Positions 53,701-64,000 of a stretch of 64,000 nt of DNA are shown here, piece after piece. The DNA is taken from contig CM120641.1 in NCBI GenBank assembly GCA_051362555.1, positions 6,014,001 through 6,078,000 of the forward strand, read 5' to 3'. The DNA comes from Lingula anatina. Its lineage: Eukaryota; Animalia; Brachiopoda. Numbering within the stretch: position 1 is the first letter of the stretch; every line of letters starts with the position of its first letter. The notes under the pieces were generated by a model, which saw nothing but the letters and a program-made list of their open reading frames with translations, was not told the origin of the DNA and made no database searches. Position numbers and translations under genes: made by a program.

Positions 53701-56700
53701 TCTGAAGAGTGGAACTGAGGAAAGATAAGTCCAGCAACTTTGCCCACTTGTGAAGAACTTGTACTTTGGAACACGGATCTATAAGGTGGACAAAAAAATT
53801 ACTTCTCTGCCAAAACCCATAAGTTGTTCTTTTTCCATTTTTTCATTAATTTTTAAGGGCACATATAATTTACTTGCATTTTCCATTTGCTTCAAAGAAA
53901 TTCAAGCAATTTTAATGTGATTTATAATGTATAAAAAAAATTACATATGGTGATTTAAAAAAAGTAGTAAACAATGTAATGCAGATAGTTTGGCCTTTCT
54001 GCAACTACACGAAATTATTTTATTCCGGACTTTTTATCAGTTAGACCACGTCATATTTCAGGACTCTTGACAATCAAGCACACATGAATAAATTTTTCAT
54101 GGCCAATTACATAAGTAAATTAAGTATTAACTCTCATTTAGGTTTGGCATTAATAAAAGCAGCCTTTACTGGTACTTGCCACAAATCAATCAACCTATAT
54201 GTATTGTGTGTATTAATGCATTCATATATTACACAATAGGAGGAGAAATAAATAATCTTTTAAAACTACTGACTCACCTGGACAGCCCACTGTTCTTTAT
54301 ATTAACATCAGAATAATCTGGAGTGTCTGTGCAATTGTAATCTGGGCTATTGCCAACCACTAAAGACTCTGACACATCAATATACTTGTTACCACGGCTA
54401 TGTGATAAGGCAGCAGGACCAATAACTATTCCAAAGAAGCCAAGTGTATTGTCTACAAAAGTGACTCCTGCAAATACAAGTTTTTCATTATATGAAATGT
54501 TAAATAATCACTTTTATTTCAAGGCAAAACTTGTAAAACTTCAATGTGGAACTCAACTGCGATTAATTCTTTACTGCTCATTGAATAAATAAATAGAACT
54601 GACAGTAATTTTTATTGCCTAAAAACCAATCTAAAAGGTAAATGAGATACACTTGAAGCTTACACACCACTGCCAGTACTGCCAGTAAGAGCAGAACACT
54701 TCTTAAAACACATGATTCATCTTAAGTACACTTTTAAGGATTTGAAACCCCGACTCCAACTGTAATTGCCTCTCACCAGTGACTTCTATACTGCAACCAG
54801 ACTGGACATAAATGCCGTGATCCCAGGCTGTGGCTACAGTGAATCCTGACAGTTTGAGACATGTCCCAGAGCAATCCACAGGCCAGATGAGGACACCAGT
54901 GAGAACTGAGTGGGCAACATTGCCAGACCAAGGAAGGGGGTGAACTGTTGGGTCGTTGGAACTTCCACATTTTTCACCTGGTAGATAATTATCAGACTTC
55001 CATTAAAACAAATTATCCTGGCATTTAAATCTTACAATGGCTATATAACCATTCAAAAGCTGTATTTGTTTTAAATTACTTTTTAGTTTTGGGCAGTTCA
55101 TTCATTTTTTTGTTGTTGTTGTTATCTGCCCATCATGAGCCAGCCAGGTGCCGACTTTCTTTCTAAAATGTTTTTCACATCTATAATTCTTTCAAACTGT
55201 ATTTAACACAATAATCAAGGTGTAAAACAGCAAAAAAGCAGTTACTATATTTTGACAAAAACAAACACAAAAATTGCCAACTACATACATAAGTATGAGT
55301 ATAGCTTATGGATAGTCGACTAGTACCTGTCAATCTGAATCCACTCCTCTCAGACCCTGCCACGTGGTTATCCTGCAGTGTTAACCGTGACGCCTGATGC
55401 AGCTCTATGGCCGCAGGATGAAGAAAGTTGTAGATTTCATTTCTGTCTTGGTAACTGCCTCGCCACAGTGACAATGCTACCAAATTCTTTCTCAGGGTGT
55501 GATTTGTGCCAGTGACAATGATGCCTTGAGAAGAAATGTCATAATCATTTTCAGATTTTTTTTTTGAAATCTTTTTTTTTATAGCACACTATACAGCATT
55601 TTGAAATCACTTGAATCTTTGTATTGATACCATGGCTAAAAATACAGAATAAAAAATTAAAAACTGAAGAATAACAAATTAAATTTATTTTGACACTTGG
55701 GCAACGTGTAAAACAGAAAAGATTTTGAAACAAATATTGAAATGTAGCTTTTAATTAAAATCATACTTTATTCGCCACTTACTAGGTCCCACAGTATGGT
55801 GAACCACATTAAGTTCGATGTTTAATGCATCTGACTCAGCCCTCTCGCTACTGGTTCCGTATACTCCAATAGCTGTTGAGAAACCACTATGGAAAGAACA
55901 CTTCTTAACAAAGGAAGGCTTCAAGTTGTTGACTGTTTGGAGCTGGATATAAGCCAGGGAGTAGCGGGCATCGAATTCACTTGTCCAGCCTTCCTGTCCG
56001 CTGTGGTAGAACTCTACATTACTTAGTCTGGCATAACCTGAAGAAAAAGAAACAATTACTTTTTCTAACAATTGCCTCTTAAATAGCTTTTAATGCTTTA
56101 GGACCTCTATTTATCATTAAAAAATCACAATTTTCTGAAATATTATACAGAGGCAAAAATGTTATTAATAATCACATGTCAAAGTGTTTATTTTATAAAC
56201 TTTTAAAATCAAAAAATAAATATCATATTGAGCGCTAATCAAATATCATTTTGGTGCAATGTTCGAACTGAGATCTAGTGGCCAATGTGGACAGTATACC
56301 ACTCCAGCTGTCATACTTCAATTCAGAGGCCTGTTTCACATTCAAATATTGAAGCTTTATGGAATACCTAAAGAGTCTGCCTTAATATCAAACCAAAAAC
56401 TAAAACTGCTTCACAAATTTTATATGCCTATACTGAGTAACAAGCTTCTAAAAGCAAGTTGGGATGCTATTGTCCTCTATAAAGTTAAACTGCATAAAAA
56501 TGTACTTCAAATCAATTTACAACACGTGCTTTAATCAAGTCCTCACTCATTTCGCTTACCTTTGGCCACCTTCACCACACCATTTTCCTCCCAAGAAAGT
56601 GAGCTGACCACTACCCTGGCTCCATAGGACTGGCTGTACAGGTCAGGGTAGTCTTGACCAATGATCTTGATATTCCTGGACAGTAGGCCTACTTCTGCAG

Positions 56701-59700
56701 CCACCCTGTAGTATATTCCATTTATGGTCTCTTCAGAGGCTGCAAGATAACAAACCTTCCTTTATTATATCTGAAAAAATCTGGATGTCATTCTAATGCT
56801 CCCAGATTTATATATAGGTAAGGCACCTTTCACTCAGGAACATGTACTGATACAAATGGATGCATGTACCATAGAAACCAAGAGTGAAATGAAAGACTCA
56901 AGGTCCAAGTATCTTTTAACTGATTAGCAAGTAACTGAGAAAAAGACAAAACAACCATATACCAGTGCCCCTCAAGTTTGTTTATTTGGTCTTTTAGTTT
57001 ATTTATAATTATTTTTCTTTGGGGGTAAGAGGGAGGAGACCTATGTACCAAAAAAAGTAATAGGGTCAGCCAGACTTACCTCTGTGATTAAATGACAGTG
57101 AGGCATTTAAGGTGACAACTTTGCCGCTCACTGCTGTAATCCTGCGTATCTCAGTCTCAAATGGATTGAACCCTGTTGCGGTAATCATTATGTCATCATT
57201 TGGATTCCAGTGGTCAGATATGTCATCTCGCAGTGTTATAGTAGTGTCTCCTGCACTGGCAGGTCGCGCCAGTTCTGTCCATGGTATGACCACATCCTTA
57301 CCATGAAGATCCAGGCCTCCAAATGCAGCTGTAGATTAATATTAATAATGACAATGAAAATTAAATTTGGAATATTTTGGACCTTGAAATTTTGTTTTAT
57401 TTTGATGAATACTAAAATCAATAATTCAGTCAATGTTTTAAGTAAAAATGAAGTACTATGATAAGCTGGGTCCATGGAAACAGTTACAAAATACAAGTTT
57501 AAAAGAACATTTTTTTTTACGTAATTTAACTTTGTAAAAACAACTATAATGTTAATCTACAGACATGCAATCATGACTTAACAAAGTTAAAACACACATT
57601 TTTTAAATATTTATAAATTAATCTATTCTCACCTATGGCTTTGGATCCCACTTCAGGTCCATAACCAGGCAGAAGGTAGTCAGGAGTGGTACGAGTTCCA
57701 CGGAGAATTATCTGAGCACTGCCCATGAACACATTATCTGACCATCCAATTATCAAACGTCCTGGGAACTGGATAAATTTAGAGGAATTTTAATCAAAAA
57801 AGGCTATAATCATTAATCTTTATTCACCTTTGACAATAATTAACTTTTAAGGGATACAAATGAGCTATAATCCAACACTAAGCAGAAAACCTTCCACTGA
57901 TTTAGTCTTTTATTTATCATAATTTTTATCAAGATAACAAAAAAAGTATAAAGCTTTTTGGCTGCGTGTCATTATACACACCTACCTTAATTATGATGTA
58001 TGTTGCATTGATGACAAAATTGTAATATTGGTTTGTCAGTGGATTTCTCTGGTACTCCAGTTCCAATGTCCCATTCAGCTCCAGACGATCAAACACTGGC
58101 AGTGCCATGTCAGCAACCACCCAATCACCTAGATGAGAAATGAGCACTTGAACAAAATCTTGTCTTACAAACACTTCAATACACATATTAATGTCCTTAT
58201 TCCTCCTGCTAACCAGTATGCATTATATATAAACTATGACAGCACTGTATTTAGCAGCATAAGGCAGACATGGCACCTGCCTTGTATAGAAGTTTACTGA
58301 TCAAGCTGGGCTCAATGAGGTGGGCTAGACAACTCTAAAAATAATGTTTTGCCTGATCACTTTCTAATGTTTTAGGCCAGATTTCTGTCACATGGGCTTC
58401 ACCTTTGTACTAGTAAAGCATGGTTAGAAATGACTGACAAACAAAGACCAAACTTATTAAGTAAATTTTTCCTCTTAAAATATTATTAAGAAAAATACAT
58501 TAGTGGATTCAAAATAATTTTACTGTACAATTTACTTCAATCTATATACATAAACAATAACAAATTCAAAATTGTTAAAATGATCCAAGTTCATTGCATT
58601 ATGTTTGCACTAGCTGCACCATTTTGGTTAACCAGCTTTGCTTATTCTTATCTACCATACCTTCCCTGATCCCAACACTCTCCCCATCCACTGGCAGAGG
58701 TCCTGAGCCTGTGGTACCGGCAGACATCTTGTAAGTGGCGCCATTATGTGTGTCGGTGCCACCCCATGTGGTGGTGGCTGACCACAGTTGGAACACATCG
58801 GGTCTCTCCCTGACAGGTGGTATTGTATTGGGGTCTGCAGGGGGGACGCAGCCTATATAGAAGCAGCGGTACGCTTTGAAGTGAACATTTCTGTCCTTTG
58901 TACCAGCTTCCACCATGAGTGCCCGTTTTTTTCTGGTTGGTCTGTCCCTGCCACTGACTACAAAAATGTGTTCAAATCAATTCATTAACAAAAACAGCTA
59001 AGAAAAGAACAGCTGATATACAACCCGCTGATATACAAATAAAGTTTGCACTTAACTATATTCAGTGTAAATTTTAAAATGAGAAAAAAAATTCTTCATT
59101 TTTGCAAGTCTTATTATACCAGATACCAGTAGGAATATGAAAATGCAAAATGCACTTACTCATATAACAAAGCTTGTTAATGTTAGTGTAATAATAGAAG
59201 TCTCCGTTATAATTATTTTCACAGGTCAGAGGTGATGGAGAGCCTTCTTCAAAGGGACGGTCACCGTCTGTGGACAGGATGCTCACTCTGTCTGGTTGAC
59301 GTGTCAAGTTGTGACACATTATAATGCAGCAGTCAGGCTGGAGAGCAACAATATAAAACAGGATTAAGACTAAAAAAAAATCTTACAGCTCCAGAAAGAG
59401 ATAATTCGATTAGTCAAAATTTTGCCCAAAGGGTTTAAATCATAATGTTACAAAAACTAAAAGTACGATTTGTTATAAAAAAAGAGCTACATCTATGAAT
59501 AGAGTGCAGTACAATGAATTATAAAATTTGCTTAAAGTGTCTGGTCTGTTTTATCAGAACAAAAAAATACATGTGATGATAACATTACAAAAGAATCAAG
59601 GAGAAAAATGTAATCCAAACATATTACCTGGATACCATAATAAGCTCCTTGGTATGAAATGTTAGCAATCTGAGAAGAATCTTCAAATGTTAAATCATAT

Positions 59701-62700
59701 GTAACATTACAAAGGAGATCTGTCATCCATCCTTGGGAATGAACCAGATTGCGCATTAGAAGCCATTCCAAATATGCAGTACCATACTGGTTGGATAGGA
59801 TAGCTCTTTTGAACTCGAGGGAAGCAGGAGATGGCTGATGTAATGAAAACTTGCGGATTCTCACAGAATCTTCACACAGGTAGCCATCCACTGCTCCCTT
59901 GCTGAAGCGATCGTCTCTAGTGCATTTTGACGGTGTAAATGTTGGGTTGTAGGGAACGATCTGATAGCCTTTGTGTCCAGTTAAAGAACTGTCCATATCT
60001 GTCATTACGACCTCATTTATCCAGCGCCATGCTCCTCTGTTTTCAGAATTCACAAACTCAAGGTTTTGAAACCTCTGTTCCCAGCCCCCACACCCTAAAA
60101 CACATATACACTCAATGAAGGTAGCCCCAAACACAGCACAGCTACTCTGATCAAAGTTGATAAACCTGGTATTGTTCACGTTCAGTCCAGCCGCAAAAGG
60201 CAGAATGAGTCCTCGGTCCGTGCATCTCCCTGCTGGCAGACTATGTCCAATAACAACAATATCATTAAGAAATGGTCCATCTGCTGAAAATATGTTGGTT
60301 TGCATGATGAGTTTGTACTCAATTCCTCTTGCATAGTTGTCAAAAAGGACAATGTCACTGAACTGTAAAGCACCCCCATTAACTACCTCCATTCCTTTCA
60401 GGCTATTATATGCAGTTAGTTTACTGAAGGTTGCAGGCTCAGGGATCATGCTGTTGCAGCTTCCACCTTGCATGGGGTAAAAATCTGGAAAAATCCACAG
60501 GACAAATTGGCCTAGGGAGTGCCCAGTGTTATTGTAGAACTCACCCAGAGGCACCTTAGGGGGGCATATGGTGGGGTCATAAGAGGGTCCTTCAGGGTGT
60601 TCCTTCATGCGGTACCAATAACCAAAATGTGTTCCCCCTGCAACGTGGCAGTGGCGAATAACATTATCTGGATTTGTTATCCAAAACGCAGCTGGAGTAA
60701 TGTCATCATTAAGTAAACTTGTACTCTGTCGTACAAAAATGGCAAGATCGTACTGAAAAATGTTCTTGGTTTCTATGCCATCCTCTAGGAAGAAAGCTCC
60801 ACCTCTGATGTTATAAATAAAAGTGTGCTCGACCAGCACATAATGGGTGCCGTGAATATTGACAGCTCGATTATAAGCATCATGGATTGAGCATCCTCTC
60901 ACATAGGCCTCATCATATGAGGTGTTTCCCATTAGGTGAAAATGAATGGGATAACGACCAAGACGGAAAGCCTGACCAACATGGGTTAACTCCGTATATG
61001 AAATATGAGCATGGACACAGTGGCTGTTTGGGGACGGGGGATGGATGATAATATGGGCACCAAACTCATCATTCAGTTCTTCATCGCCAAACAAACCTTG
61101 AAAGCATGTCTGTGTATCAAATTCACCTGGAATTTGATAAAAAATTTATCACAACGAGAAACACTTGCATGTCTTAGTCTACATTGCCTTAATATTTGCA
61201 AAAACATTAATTTAAAAGTTTAGTTTATCAGCATTTGAATAAATTGATTCCATTTTTCATAAAAAGTATTTGGAATCTACAAAATAACAAAAGATGTGAC
61301 ACAATGGACATCTATCAAACTTAAGTGTGTTATCAGCAAACTCTTATAACCATGTAGCACAGTGCATACCATTCTAAGACTGCAGAAAAATGTCTAGCTT
61401 TAATTTTTGATAGTTTGCAAGTGTCAAAGAAAAGTCTTTTAAAACTGATCCACATATATGGTGTCAGAAAAGTTACCAGATTTAAATCCAGCTTCACAAG
61501 CTTCTACTGTTTGTGTCCATTGATCATCAACTGAGCCACGGATAACAACATTACGTGTAAGCAGTCCTACTTCAGCTCTTATCTCTAAAGCTTCTCCTTC
61601 AACCATTCTGGTAATGCCTGTATGGGTAGAATAAATTATGAAACAAAGGGCTTCAAATGATATCAAAACAAAAAAAAAAAAAAAAAAAAGATTTAATAAA
61701 CAGGAAGGTCAAATGTTAAAGGCTAAGTGACTAAGAGGCCCAATGCAACCAATACACCAATGTTCATATTTTTAATTAATAAAAATTCATAGATCTTACT
61801 CTAACATCTTGAATTAATAAAAATACGTAAAAATCTAACATCCGAAGCATTTATTCTCCTAATCTCATATTTGCCAAATTAGACTGAGAGTCTGTAATTT
61901 TGTGCATTTCTCAATACTGTCTAAATTCAACTCATTACATACGATTTCAAAGGAGACTCACCTAAATGTTCATACTCCAAAGGTTCTGTTAATGTTAGAG
62001 TCAAACCATCTGCTGATACACTTTGAATAATGCGTTTCTCATTTTCCTTCTGACTAAGATGCCCCCCAGTGGTTGCTATGACAATCTCTTCTCCTGGTTG
62101 CCAAGTTACAGGTTGTTTGAGGGTCAGTGTATTGGTATTAGCTCCAGCTGTCTGAGCCAGCAATGTCCATGTTACGGGTATATACTGACCTGGTAAAGAT
62201 AAGTGAACACCATAACAATTTTAATGCAGTGAGGTACCTAACCCCCAACTATACCTTATGCAATAACTAAAACTTATTAAGTGAAAAACTGGGATTTTCA
62301 AAAAATGTGTGCATGTGTGTGTTAATCACCTGCATGATGGCTGCATCTCTTTGCTCTAATCCTCAGCAATGTTCATATTTTAAAATGGATAAGTTTCACA
62401 AAGTTTTCTTGGAGAAATGAACTGTAAAAATGACTTTTACTCCCCAACTTACCATGCAAGTCCAGGGTTCCATTCCTCACTGCAATCATCTTGGCACCAT
62501 ATATGGGTAACTCTGTGGTCTTCACATGTCCATGGAGCTCAATTACTGCTTTGTGTTGGAATGGAGCATCTGCAGTGCCCACCTGAAACGGGTATCCCAC
62601 TGCTGATTACAAAATGTCCTACTATTAATACCAAACAAGAGACCAAAAAATTGAACTGAATTTTCTTAAAAGAACAGCATTGTACATGGCAGCATAAAGC

Positions 62701-63841
62701 CTCAATATAAGGGTGTGGTGACAAATTATGTCCATTTATTATTTCAAAAGGTTATAAGTGCCTTTTAATGGTTTTGAACGTCCACATAGAAGTACTGTGA
62801 AATGTATGATATTCTTTTAAACAAAACAAAATACTTACTTGGAGTGCACCACCATCTGCGATAAAAATGTACTCTGAATGTAGCTCTACATCAACCTCAT
62901 CAAATACCAGCTTGCCACCTAAAAAGTGTAAATATTACTAATTAGAAACAACCTTTCTTCTGGTGAAGCCTTTTTGTAGATGATGGGCATCATACCTGAA
63001 ACTAAAATCACACCTTTTCTGCCTCTGTTATGTGTATCACTAATCATTTAAAAAGGTTCATTATTTACGAACATTTTCTTCTGACACTTAACATGTACTT
63101 AAATTACCTCTGATGAGTAAAAATCTCAGTACAGGGGTGCTGACATCTAGGTAAATTGTTTGTCCCTCTTGAATGACCACATAGTCTCCAGCAACAGGAG
63201 GGCTGTCCCCGCCCCAGGTGTGTCTGGATGACCACACATCTACATAGAAATAGTCTGCATTGTCCTGGATTAACAAAAAAACACAGGTAAAAAACTTTTA
63301 CATTTTAAATGAATTTTAATTATTTTAATGACTTTTCATACATGTTAAAACATTTTGGAATGCCATACGTTGATGATAATGGAAAAAGACAAAGAAACTG
63401 GTAAACTATACTCGGCATAAGAACTGTTACTGATTTTGAAAAACTGCCTTGATGATAATGGAAAAAGACAAAGAAACTGGTTAACTATACTCGGCATAAG
63501 AACTGTTACTGATTTTGAAAAACTTCAATTTTAAAACAAAAGCCATAAAAATATTTAAAACTTTTTAAGTGAGGGCATCACTGACTGACTTGGAAAAGAT
63601 ATGAACATATATCACTGGAAACTACTAGGAATAATCAACTTATGGGTACTAAAAATGACTCCCCCTTGTCAATTAAAAAGCAGCTCTGTTTACCTGGGTA
63701 GCAATTCCTTTATCATCTACCTCCACACGCACTTTAGTTCTAATGGTTCTTGTGTGAGATCTGGTTCTGCAGACAATAGTTGTACTGGATGCAGACTGCA
63801 CATCACATGTGGTGCCATCTATACTCACTACATTACTGGTT
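47776..63841 (-). CDS. PKHD1L1: Fibrocystin-L-like (PKHD1L1), 3' portion; multi-exon, 5' part lies beyond the window end
   Basis: IPT/TIG exon (63841-63694, VSIDGTTCDVQSASSTTIVCRT). First G8 domain (YVDVWSSRHTWGG.., GTADAPFQHKAVIELHG). 1.5-kb exon 61126-59628 with GQAFRLGRYPIHFH and PbH1 repeats. Second G8 at ~58900-57100. DCVDMDCDG and a furin-like RRKKR (~51375). TM exon ~48655-48549 (FPAWAIVVIILIVILVIGGILAFVYY). Last exon 48137-47776. Confidence 0.93.
52490..52540. repeat. 20-bp minisatellite, ~3 copies
   Basis: catctttgaattacactttt repeated in a PKHD1L1 intron (start approximate, ~52480). Confidence 0.8.
52631..52820. mobile_element. MITE (~190 bp) in a PKHD1L1 intron
   Basis: ~32-bp TIRs ctaagactgcattctcacagactttagatcgat / atcgatctaaatctctgggaatgcagtcttag; possible TA TSD. 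Confidence 0.75.
63370..63525. repeat. 79-bp-period tandem duplication (intronic)
   Basis: ttgatgataatggaaaaagacaaagaaactgg...gattttgaaaaact occurs twice, near-identical. Confidence 0.9.
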
Positions 63842-63998
63842 CTGAAAATAAATACAATATACACACACTTTAGTTCTAATGGTTCTTGTGTGAGATCTGG
63901 TTCTGCAGACAATAGTTGTACTGGATGCAGACTGCACATCACATATGGTGCCATCTATACTCACAACATTACTGGTTCTGAAAATAAAAACAATATAC
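63731..63998. repeat. 136-bp-period tandem duplication of a PKHD1L1 acceptor plus partial exon
   Basis: actttagttctaatgg...ctgaaaataaa.acaatatac at 63731 and 63867, with only a few substitutions. Confidence 0.9.
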
Positions 63999-64000
63999 CA

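Overview
AT-rich eukaryotic DNA with GT-AG introns, most consistent with a marine invertebrate, probably a lophotrochozoan such as a mollusc (inferred, not proven). Eight protein-coding genes were reconstructed by hand: SLC25A19 (-), two paralogous secreted proteins in tail-to-tail orientation (+ 15000-16554 and - 19021-21596), a membrane-anchored IgGFc-binding-domain protein (+), a SAMD15-like gene (+), a Tctex1-domain dynein light chain (+), ACBD3/GCP60 (-), and the 3' portion of fibrocystin-L/PKHD1L1 (-, runs off the window). Several MITE-like inverted-repeat elements, a LINE 3' fragment and local tandem duplications are also present. The most interesting signal is the secreted-protein pair. 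Both have a 13-nt phase-1 first coding exon, an NPC(A/G)G motif and an EL(L/M)C(R/K)IK motif, and one has upstream NF-kB-like sites. These features point to Unpaired/IL-6-like long-chain helical cytokines (candidate JAK/STAT ligands) that similarity-based annotation would probably miss. All exon coordinates were read by eye and have no transcript support.
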